From IMG/VR virus record IMGVR_UViG_2740892427_000001: a stretch of DNA of 64,000 nt; one strand, written 5' to 3'. The first letter of the stretch is position 1. Every line of letters starts with the position of its first letter. This document shows positions 38,909-47,455 of the stretch, in pieces. A program made the position numbers and the translations under genes. The notes beneath the pieces were generated by a model. It did no database searches. It was not told where the DNA came from and saw only the letters and a program-made list of their open reading frames with translations. The stretch comes from a virus (Duplodnaviria > Heunggongvirae > Uroviricota > Caudoviricetes).

Positions 38909-39937
38909 TTACAGAGAGTCCAGCTCTCTCAGTAGGTCATCCAGACCTTCATCTTCCGTCGCAGATGCGGTTGCTACAGATGTCGCTGCGACTGCTTCAG
39001 ACTCTTTGACTGATACGGCAACGGCAGCGGAACTTGCCTCTGGTTTAAATTCAGTTTCAACGGCACGGAGGATTTCTTCATCAACCAGACTGGTTGGTTC
39101 AGAAGCCGGTGTGTGCGCGGTTGCTACAGCCGTCGCTCCTTCTGTATGACCAGTGACAGAGCCAAATCCAGGTAGTGCCGCAGCCGATGTTTTCGCGGTT
39201 GAGGAAATTGCTGGTGCAGATGCTGCGGCAGTTGGTGCAGCGATGCCAATCAGACGACCCATAGTGCGAACTGTCGACAGAAGACGAGTTTCATCAGCCT
39301 GATTTGCGTATGCGATCAGATCATGCTGGGTGTTCCAGAATTTATCTTCGATATCGCCTTTGTAGACTTTACGCTTAGGCGAGACGTCATATTTGGTATC
39401 GCGACCAGAGCCAGTACGTTTAATCAGGAATGCGTAGCCTTCCTCTTTGCTCAGTGGATTGCCGATATCATCAGCGATGTCTTCGGTGATTGCTTTGCAG
39501 ATATCATCGAATACAGTAGACGGCAGCTCGATTAACTGGCATTTCTCAGCATCTGCGAAATCCTCACGAGCAGAAAGAATGCCGTTGACCAGGTAGCGAG
39601 GAGTGGCACGCATTTGACCGATGCGTTCTTCCATTGCTTTGTTACCCTTGTGACGAGCGCGACCTTCCATCACCATTTCGCATAGCTGACAAGCGCGACC
39701 GTGAGTATGTTGCTCACAAATATAAGCGTTGGTTGCTTCTTTACCTTCCTCGTTCTGATACTTAACGTAGTGCATACCGAAAGTCTGGAAGAACTTACCG
39801 TTTGGGTCGTCTTTATTCGGGAAGATGCGGATATAGTTGACGCCGTCTTTTAAGCGAGTCAGATCAACGTTGTTGCCACGTTTGGCGGCAATGTCTTCAC
39901 GAGTTTTGTTAAGCAAATCAAGTAATGTCTTAGACAT
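38909..39937 (-). CDS. T4 gp32-like single-stranded DNA-binding protein
   Basis: Zn-binding pattern CEQHTHGRACQLCE; Ala/Ser-rich linker; acidic C-terminus DEGLDDLLRELDSL. Confidence 0.6.
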   Translation of the reverse strand: MSKTLLDLLNKTREDIAAKRGNNVDLTRLKDGVNYIRIFPNKDDPNGKFFQTFGMHYVKYQNEEGKEATNAYICEQHTHGRACQLCEMVMEGRARHKGNKAMEERIGQMRATPRYLVNGILSAREDFADAEKCQLIELPSTVFDDICKAITEDIADDIGNPLSKEEGYAFLIKRTGSGRDTKYDVSPKRKVYKGDIEDKFWNTQHDLIAYANQADETRLLSTVRTMGRLIGIAAPTAAASAPAISSTAKTSAAALPGFGSVTGHTEGATAVATAHTPASEPTSLVDEEILRAVETEFKPEASSAAVAVSVKESEAVAATSVATASATEDEGLDDLLRELDSL

Positions 39938-40054
39938 GTGTTTCTCCTTGTTGTGATTTGGCCGATGGCGCTATGCGCGTTGGGCTTTCGTTCATTCGTG
40001 GCTCTTTCGAGCTGTTAAATGATAGATCAGTACTTACTTATTATCTATCAAAAA

Positions 40055-40486
40055 TCAACGGGGAGTAATAAAGCGTTCAGAGCCTAATCGCTCTAATTCA
40101 ACGATGGCCATCTTTGACGCCTGAACGATCATGTCTCGGCGATGCGAAAAGGCGGCGACAGCATGTTTGTATATGTCTGCGATGTGCCGTGCTTCATCCA
40201 ACTTCTGCCGTTTAGACAGATACTGTGGGTTTGTTTTAACCTTAGCGTCCAGTACAGACTCGTTGAACTTAATGCCGTTCATACTCAAGTTCTTACGCTC
40301 TGTGTCGTATAGCTTTGCTTCAACAGCTTCAAGGTTAAGTTTTGCCTCTGCGACATCTCGATCTGCCTGCGCTAGTTTTGACCCATACTCCATTAAAAGC
40401 CGTGGCTGTTTACGCCATACTTCCTCAAGGTTGTCGCGGTCGAACTCCAGATCGGCCATGATTTTAGAAAAAATATCAGTGTTCAC
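40055..40486 (-). CDS. hypothetical protein (possible recombination mediator, by position only)
   Basis: 143 aa helical protein next to SSB and RecA genes. Confidence 0.35.
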   Translation of the reverse strand: MNTDIFSKIMADLEFDRDNLEEVWRKQPRLLMEYGSKLAQADRDVAEAKLNLEAVEAKLYDTERKNLSMNGIKFNESVLDAKVKTNPQYLSKRQKLDEARHIADIYKHAVAAFSHRRDMIVQASKMAIVELERLGSERFITPR

Positions 40487-40693
40487 TCTAATAGGTTCCT
40501 ACTTATAAAATCTGTATCAATTATATCAAACAGAGAACGGGTTTATGGCGTCATGTCAACTTTGTTCAGGGGAAAATATTGAGATCACCGAAGATAATTA
40601 GTTGTCTTATTTTGGTAAGCTGTGCTGACCATCTTTAGGTCACATACATGAGATGGATGGGGGTGTGGCATGAACGGATGAAATTCAGTCGCC

Positions 40694-40723
40694 GTTGACA
40701 GATGTCAACACTGTGAATAGAAT
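40694..40723 (+). promoter_or_regulatory. sigma70-type promoter TTGACA-17-TAGAAT with palindromic operator GTTGACAGATGTCAAC over the -35
   Basis: Perfect inverted repeat overlapping -35; 18 bp upstream of a GGAGG RBS and ATG at 40741. Confidence 0.5.
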
Positions 40724-40740
40724 ACTATTATCGGAGGCGA

Positions 40741-40965
40741 ATGAAGCAACATCCGAATAAGCATATTCAAGCAGCCATTGACTATGCATTAAGTAAAGGC
40801 TGGATCTGGGTAGCAGCTGGTGGTGCTGCACATTGTTTTTGCAGACTGCGATGCGGTAATCCAGAAGGTGAACACAAAACTCACCAAATGAGCGTATGGT
40901 CGACTCCGGGTAATCCCGAAAACCATGCCAAACAGATCAAACGAATGGTTGATCGTTGTAAATGA
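40741..40965 (+). CDS. small Cys/His-rich protein, possibly HicA-like toxin
   Basis: 74 aa; strong RBS; weak HicA-like pattern (GW...GG.AH...P.NH..KQIKR). Confidence 0.4.
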   Translation: MKQHPNKHIQAAIDYALSKGWIWVAAGGAAHCFCRLRCGNPEGEHKTHQMSVWSTPGNPENHAKQIKRMVDRCK

Positions 40966-41025
40966 TTTCAAGGCGGCATTAGCCGCCTTTTGCAGAAACT
41001 GTCCAACTATCTTCAAAGGAAAACT

Positions 41026-41589
41026 ATGGCGCTTTATAACTTCACTCTGACGCTCTCAGGCGTATCGTATGAGACGGAAGGACTGGAAGACGCGCTGTAC
41101 CAAAACGGCTGTGACGATGCGCTAATTTGCGCATATGGAAACTCCGTCTATGTAGAATTTGACCGCGAAGCACAATCACTTGATGCAGCTATCGCATCTG
41201 CGGTCGACAATATTGAATCAGCCGGTATCGGTGCAATTGTTGAATCCGTCGACTCGGCTCTTGTGGGCTTAAGCGATATCGCGGAACTGACAGACCTGTC
41301 TCGCCAGGCAGTGGCGTTGCTCAAAGACGGTAAGCGCGGAAGCGGCGACTTCCCTTGCCCTGTACAACGCATAAAAGGCCAGTCTCCTCTCTGGGATTGG
41401 GCTGATGTGGCTGAATGGCTCATGAATAACGGACGACTTAAAGAGGGCGATCAAATTGTCCAAAATGCCCGAACTTTGAGTAAATGGAATCTGGCGCTTC
41501 GAAACAGCGTCTCGAAAGATTTCAACGAAATAGAGCAAATTGCGGAGAAACTGATTAAACGCCGCAAAGATATTGCGAAATGCGCATAA
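41026..41589 (+). CDS. possible HicB-like antitoxin with C-terminal HTH
   Basis: Start at ATG 41026 with AAGGA RBS; N-terminus YNFTLTL...YETEG and C-terminal HTH-like LSRQAVALL. Confidence 0.35.
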   Translation: MALYNFTLTLSGVSYETEGLEDALYQNGCDDALICAYGNSVYVEFDREAQSLDAAIASAVDNIESAGIGAIVESVDSALVGLSDIAELTDLSRQAVALLKDGKRGSGDFPCPVQRIKGQSPLWDWADVAEWLMNNGRLKEGDQIVQNARTLSKWNLALRNSVSKDFNEIEQIAEKLIKRRKDIAKCA

Positions 41590-41918
41590 TGATGCCCGCC
41601 AATTGGCGGGCATCTGTTCTCTGTAAAGGTGTCTGGCATCGTCTGGTTCGTTAACGTTTACTAAACCAATGGTGACAAAAATTAGTTATCTTTGAAAAAT
41701 AAAGGTTGCATGAAAAGAAGGGGTATGCGTTAATAGCATCGTTGGTTTGCAAGACAGACCTTATGTAAGCAGTTTTAGTAAAGCAGTCTCAGTTCAGTGT
41801 TATCTTCTGATTTCCCTTCTTCGTGAGTCTCCTCCTTAAGTGCCTAAGTAAGTCCCAATCTATACAGATCAAATTCTCGCCGCACTATGTGGCTCACAAA
41901 ATTAAGAAGGTAATATCT

Positions 41919-42134
41919 ATGTCTAATAAAATGACTGGTTTAGTAAAATGGTTTAACTCTGATAAAGGCTTTGGCTTTATTTCTCCTGCTGATGGCAGTA
42001 AAGATGTTTTTGTACATTTTTCGGCAATTCAGAGTAATAATTTCCGCACTTTGGAAGAAGGCCAGCAGGTCGAATTCTCTATCGAGAATGGTGCTAAAGG
42101 CCCAGCAGCAGCAAATGTCGTTGCTCTAAGCTGA
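41919..42134 (+). CDS. cold-shock protein (CspA family)
   Basis: [38 protein letters not shown] is near-identical in pattern to E. coli CspA/CspE; long 5' UTR. Confidence 0.85.
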   Translation: MSNKMTGLVKWFNSDKGFGFISPADGSKDVFVHFSAIQSNNFRTLEEGQQVEFSIENGAKGPAAANVVALS

Positions 42135-42412
42135 TTCAACGCTGATGATCCTCATTTCTACAATAACGAAGACGGTGTAAGCCTGAGTGGATAGATTTGT
42201 AGGATTGTACAAGTTGAATAAATTAGCATGGTAAGGCCATGCTAATTAAATCGACACAACGGCCAGTTTATTCCATAAAAGTGAATTGCCCATTGTGGCG
42301 AAATGCGGGGTTGCCGCATGAATAGTCAAAGGCAGAAGCTAACTGCCGGCATGGCAAAACAAAGTGCGTAAGAGGAGTGACTTCCTCAACAAGCGCCATA
42401 ATTCTTTATAAA

Positions 42413-42435
42413 CCCGCCAACAGGCGGGTTTTCTT
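42413..42435. terminator. bidirectional intrinsic terminator (cccgccaacaggcggg + T-run) between csp and dnaE
   Basis: 6-bp GC stem, T-run downstream, A-run upstream. Confidence 0.6.
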
Positions 42436-42437
42436 TA

Positions 42438-45400
42438 TTACTTATTTATTGTCTCCGCGATATCAGCCAGAATGGCCTCCAGTCGCTCTCCTTCTTCCGG
42501 TCGGAAGTACAGGATATTCGGGTTAAATCCGTAGAAGACGGTTGCATCAAGCTCTGGGAAGTACTCCTTACGACCAATCAGATCTGATGGTTTACTCTTA
42601 TTGTTAAATAGTGCGGTTGAACGACTACCACACGTCAAAATGTAGGTTGGTCGTACAAGATTAATTTCTTCCCGCATAAAGTCTGTGAACTGGCCTATCT
42701 CGTCTTTGGTATAGTCTTTCTCTTTGTCCTTAACCTTCTTACAAACACCCGTGACATAAAGATCGCCCATGCGCAGATCTCCAACTGTCAGTAGTTTTGC
42801 CTTAAAGTCGTCGTATCCGTTCTCCATGAAGTAGCCGGTACGAGCGTCATTGCCGTTCGCATTGTCCAGAATGATCATGATTTTGGGTTTAATACCAATA
42901 GTCGGGCGTATCAACTCCTCACCCAAGCCCATTTCAGCCGCCATACGTGTCATGAGTACGTTGATTTCGGCAGAACGCTTAGGATTCATTTCGAACGGAC
43001 GTGATGCTTTAACAGCGTCAATGATGAGATTGCCCATCAGCTCAGCCTGGTCGCGCAGTCGTTCAGGATCAGTTGCTGGCAGACTGCCTGGCTCAATTGA
43101 CGCAAAAGCCCCTACTTTATGAAGCGACTCGCGTACACGACTGTTACATGCACGCTTCTCGACCGCTTCATCGAATTGTGCCACTGACTCGAATTTGCCA
43201 CCAACTTTCTCACGCGCACGCATAATTGCCTGACAACCATTTTCAGAACAGCCTTTCACAGCAGAGAATGGCGCATACAGTGCCTGACTGCCGTCTTCGA
43301 GTGTGCGGATCTCAATTCGGTTAGATGACACATTAACGTCTGGTGGCAATACGCGAATGCCATAGGTCAGCGCATCCTTCACCAGCCCCTGATGCTTATC
43401 CTCGCCCAGAATGGTGAGCGCAGCTGCGAAGAACTCAGCAGGGTAGTGCGTCTTTAGCCACATAGACTGATAACTGATTAAAGAATAAGCAACACTGTGT
43501 GATTTGTTGAAGGCATATCCACCGAACTTCTCAAAGGCGTCCCATATTTCTTGGGCTTTTTCCTTACTGAGACCTTCTTGTTCAGAGACGATCTCCACGT
43601 AGTCTATGCCGTCACTAATAGCCTCGCTGTAGCTTCTACGCTTACCGTCTGAGCAATCCAGTTTTGCGTGTTTGTGAACCTCTACAGTACCTCCATTTTT
43701 GAGTGACAGTGTCACCCAGCCTGCTTGTGCTCGTTCTACAAAATCGCTGCCGATCGCTTTCATCTTATCCATGTTCTTTTTACCGATAGCGGAACGCAGA
43801 GCGTCTGCTTCGGCCATAGAGAACCCGGCAAGTACTCGGGAACTTTGCATGATTTGTTCCTGATAGAGCAAAACACCATTAGTCTCCCGGGTGACTTCCT
43901 CAAGACGCGGATGAATTGAATGTGGAGCCATGAAGCCTTTGGCCACGGAGACATAGTCGTCCAACATGCCGGATTGGATCGGGCCTGGTCGGAAGAGTGC
44001 GGTCGTGGCGACAACGGTCTTGAAGCTCATTGGCTCGATGCCACCGCCCAGATCTTTAAGCAACTTACGCATGGGGCCGGACTCCAGCTGGAATACGCCC
44101 TGCGTGTACCCTGCAGCGAACCCATCCAGAACCTTGCGATCGTCCAGTGGGATAGCGTCGAGATTGATGTCTTCCCCGGTACTCTCTTTGATGTAGCGTT
44201 TCGCGCTATCCAGAAGATCGAGCGTTGCCAGGCCAAGCACGTCCAGCTTAATTAGGCCCATAGCCTCGCAGTAACGCTTGTCAAATGCGATACAACGCGC
44301 GTCACCACGGCGCTCAACCGGTGTACGTTCTGTCAGAGGAACACCTGCTACGATCATCCCTGCCGCATGTCTACCAAAGCCACGCATAAGGCTTTGTAAC
44401 TTGCAGGCTGCATTGAATGCATCAGGATATTTTGTTGCGTATTTGTCGAGACTTGCCAGTTGTTCGCGCAGCTCTTCCAATGGAAGGCTATCATCCTCGA
44501 CGTTCTTCAGTTCTTTTGATACCGCCATATCTGCGGACTCCACACCATAAATACGAGCGGTGTCACGTAGTGCAGATGCCGCGCCCAGATAGGTGAAGTT
44601 CGGAATGCCTGCAACGTAATCTTCGCCGTAGCGTTCATTCAGATACTCGATCACCTCATGGCGACGTGCCTGGCTGAAGTCCAAGTCCGCATCCGGCAAG
44701 TCGAGACGCTCAGGGTTGATGAAACGCTCAAACAGAAGACCGTGACGGATTGGGTCGACGTTGGTTATGCCTATGCACCACGCCACCAGAGAACCGGCAG
44801 AGGAACCACGACCAGGCCCGACAGGAATGCCAGTTTCACGGCTGTGATTCATCAGATCGCGTACCATCAGGAAGTAACCACAGAATCCCAGGCGAGTCAG
44901 CGTGTCCATTTCGTACTTTAGCCGCTCAACATAAACCCTGTTCTCAGAAGCAGGTGGTGTGTATCCAAACTCTTTTGTGGTAAGACGTTTACGCAGCCCT
45001 GCAACAGCCAGTTTCATCAGCGTTGCAGGTTCGTCGTCTGCCATCTTGGGCAGTGCTGGTGGCAATTCATGCCAGCGCCATGTGCAGGCATCGATAATGG
45101 AGTCCTGCGTTGTTGAGGCCATTGCAGCTGTTACCGGCACATCCATGCGAACGGAGAAGGCTTTAAGCGCCTCAAGGAGATGGCGACGACCATTGATGGC
45201 GTTATCTCGCTGGTGGGGGATACGCAGACGATGCGGCTGGTCGATTTTTATGTTGTTCGTAACCATGTGCGCAATGTCTTTAATGTCTGCATCGTCGATC
45301 GATTCGTAATAAGCGGGATAGAACGCCACTGGCTCTATTTTCAATGCGCTGGCTACTTTCATCGCTCGGACGTTAATCTGGTCGTAGAATGGGGTAGGGT

Positions 45401-45944
45401 GCGGATAAACCACGCTATAGAAGTTGTCTTTCCCGCCCGCTGTAATCAGTGAGCTTATGATTTTTGCAAAATCGTTGCGTTGGAACACGCTACCGATGTC
45501 GGAAGTGAGCAGGATGATGTTGCCTTTGGCATATGTAGAAACCAACTGTTCGAGCGAGAGACGCGGTACAAAGTAGAACTGTTCTCGTGTGTTGGCCACC
45601 GTCATTAGTTCGCAGATGTCGCGATATCCTTTCTCATTTTTAATTAGAGCGGTAAACGAGTAGTTACGTCCTCGCTCCAATGATTCCATACATCCCTTAG
45701 ACTCTTTAGCAAGTTTAGCCCGGTGCTCGTATGTGGGATCATCAACGATGTTTAGTTTCACACCACAAATAACCGCCATGTCGTCACCAGCGGCACGTTG
45801 TAGTGGAATAACGCTCGCAATATTCATGCTATCTGCTGAAATTACAGCGGTGTAGCCAGCTTCTCTGGCAATCTTCACCGCGTTTTCTGCTTTTAGAGCC
45901 GACTCCCCAAGTGAGAAGTCAGTTCGAACCATCAGTGCTTTCAT
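42438..45944 (-). CDS. dnaE: DNA polymerase III alpha subunit-like replicative polymerase
   Basis: 1168 aa; N-terminal PHP-like domain; PDADLDF catalytic aspartate block parallels DnaE PDIDIDF. Confidence 0.8.
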   Translation of the reverse strand: MKALMVRTDFSLGESALKAENAVKIAREAGYTAVISADSMNIASVIPLQRAAGDDMAVICGVKLNIVDDPTYEHRAKLAKESKGCMESLERGRNYSFTALIKNEKGYRDICELMTVANTREQFYFVPRLSLEQLVSTYAKGNIILLTSDIGSVFQRNDFAKIISSLITAGGKDNFYSVVYPHPTPFYDQINVRAMKVASALKIEPVAFYPAYYESIDDADIKDIAHMVTNNIKIDQPHRLRIPHQRDNAINGRRHLLEALKAFSVRMDVPVTAAMASTTQDSIIDACTWRWHELPPALPKMADDEPATLMKLAVAGLRKRLTTKEFGYTPPASENRVYVERLKYEMDTLTRLGFCGYFLMVRDLMNHSRETGIPVGPGRGSSAGSLVAWCIGITNVDPIRHGLLFERFINPERLDLPDADLDFSQARRHEVIEYLNERYGEDYVAGIPNFTYLGAASALRDTARIYGVESADMAVSKELKNVEDDSLPLEELREQLASLDKYATKYPDAFNAACKLQSLMRGFGRHAAGMIVAGVPLTERTPVERRGDARCIAFDKRYCEAMGLIKLDVLGLATLDLLDSAKRYIKESTGEDINLDAIPLDDRKVLDGFAAGYTQGVFQLESGPMRKLLKDLGGGIEPMSFKTVVATTALFRPGPIQSGMLDDYVSVAKGFMAPHSIHPRLEEVTRETNGVLLYQEQIMQSSRVLAGFSMAEADALRSAIGKKNMDKMKAIGSDFVERAQAGWVTLSLKNGGTVEVHKHAKLDCSDGKRRSYSEAISDGIDYVEIVSEQEGLSKEKAQEIWDAFEKFGGYAFNKSHSVAYSLISYQSMWLKTHYPAEFFAAALTILGEDKHQGLVKDALTYGIRVLPPDVNVSSNRIEIRTLEDGSQALYAPFSAVKGCSENGCQAIMRAREKVGGKFESVAQFDEAVEKRACNSRVRESLHKVGAFASIEPGSLPATDPERLRDQAELMGNLIIDAVKASRPFEMNPKRSAEINVLMTRMAAEMGLGEELIRPTIGIKPKIMIILDNANGNDARTGYFMENGYDDFKAKLLTVGDLRMGDLYVTGVCKKVKDKEKDYTKDEIGQFTDFMREEINLVRPTYILTCGSRSTALFNNKSKPSDLIGRKEYFPELDATVFYGFNPNILYFRPEEGERLEAILADIAETINK

Positions 45945-46128
45945 GTGTTTTTACCTTTATGGTTTTTTTGATTTTGTCATTGGGGAAGCCTACGAACTTC
46001 CCATACATCGAAATCGCAACTTCTTTTGCTGATTGGTGACAATCGGTCTTGTCTGGACATACCAGACAAGCCTTACCAGTTTCAGAAGCAGCGATAAGAG
46101 AGCCGAAACATCCTTTACGCACGATCAA
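45919..46128 (-). CDS. small Cys-rich protein
   Basis: 69 aa, CLVCPDKTDCH. Confidence 0.35.
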   Translation of the reverse strand: MIVRKGCFGSLIAASETGKACLVCPDKTDCHQSAKEVAISMYGKFVGFPNDKIKKTIKVKTHESTDGSN

Positions 46129-47360
46129 CCAAATATTTTTTGAACAACTTCACGAGCCGCTTGTGCAGAAGCTGAAGGGAGTTTGTTAATGAAAGAACGC
46201 TCAATACCTGTCACAAAGTCGCCTCGCATCATTCCAATCTTGGCCGACAACAAAAGTTCACGAGGGCCAATTGGCTGACTGATAAGGTGTTCTTCGTATC
46301 CATCGCGAACGATACCGGCAAACTTAACCATCTTTTCTGCGTATTCATCCACGATACCGGCATTTATCAACATGTTGATCTCTGCCTCTTTGCTCATGTA
46401 TTTCACATTCGAAACGATGCCAAAACGCGAAAAGTTCGCGGCGTTCTGGATGTTTGTACCCTGGTACAAGCCGGTTTCATCACCAGATCCGTTCGTGTTG
46501 CCAGTGCCAATGAAAGCAAACCGTTCATGCGGAGTAATGCGACGCCATTCTGGAGTCGCCTCTTTGATGACCAACGCTTCACCTTCCAGCACTGGCTGAT
46601 ACACGCCAAGAATCTGTGGAAACGCAAAGTCGTATTCATCCGCGAGGTAAACCCAGCCATGCTTCATTGCGAGCGCAAGCAAGCCAGGCTCGAAATACGT
46701 AGAGCCATCACGCGCCAGAATTTGCCCCGTAACATGTGCCTCTTCCATTGATGCTGTATGTTGGGCACGGATCAACGGACGATTGAGCAAAGCACATAGT
46801 TGTGTAGGCAATGACGATTTGCCTGTTCCTGCATGACCCCACAAATAGCCAGGTATGCCAAGTTCAAGCATCATGAAAATGTCTTTGATCAGTTCGAAGT
46901 CGCCATATACGTAGCCCTTCTTCACTTCTGGAACGAACTCTGGAAACGGCGTATTGACGTTGACGCTAACCATGAGCGGCGTCCCACGTTTTGTTCCGAG
47001 TTCTTTCACCGTTACATTTAGCAGTTCGTGAGCTGCGACCAGATCTGTCTTGTACTCAACTGTGCCTGTGTAGCCTGGGCTACTGGTCACGCCAGATGAT
47101 TTGGCCATTTCGCTTTTTTGCTCGGCACGTTTAGCTTGAATTGCATCAAGTGCCTTTTTCGATAGCGTTGGCTCATCTGGAAACTGTGTTGTGTACATTT
47201 TCAGTACGGTGTCAGGATCGGCATCTTTTACTGACTCAGGAATGCCCTCGCAATTACCATTGGCTACATGGGACTTAAAATAGTGAAATGATTTTCCGCA
47301 CCACTTGCAAACAAGGTAATCAGAAGGATTTTTTTCATTTTGCAGTGCAGTAGTAGTCAT
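46125..47360 (-). CDS. CobS-like AAA+ (MoxR-family) ATPase
   Basis: Walker A GHAGTGKS; pairs with downstream vWA protein. Confidence 0.6.
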   Translation of the reverse strand: MTTTALQNEKNPSDYLVCKWCGKSFHYFKSHVANGNCEGIPESVKDADPDTVLKMYTTQFPDEPTLSKKALDAIQAKRAEQKSEMAKSSGVTSSPGYTGTVEYKTDLVAAHELLNVTVKELGTKRGTPLMVSVNVNTPFPEFVPEVKKGYVYGDFELIKDIFMMLELGIPGYLWGHAGTGKSSLPTQLCALLNRPLIRAQHTASMEEAHVTGQILARDGSTYFEPGLLALAMKHGWVYLADEYDFAFPQILGVYQPVLEGEALVIKEATPEWRRITPHERFAFIGTGNTNGSGDETGLYQGTNIQNAANFSRFGIVSNVKYMSKEAEINMLINAGIVDEYAEKMVKFAGIVRDGYEEHLISQPIGPRELLLSAKIGMMRGDFVTGIERSFINKLPSASAQAAREVVQKIFG

Positions 47361-47455
47361 GCGTTTTTCCTTTGTTTTCTAATGAGCGTTCAACTTCTTA
47401 TATAAATATATCATTATCTATCGTAAGTGGTTACTTATCGTTAAGGCTGTTTTGT

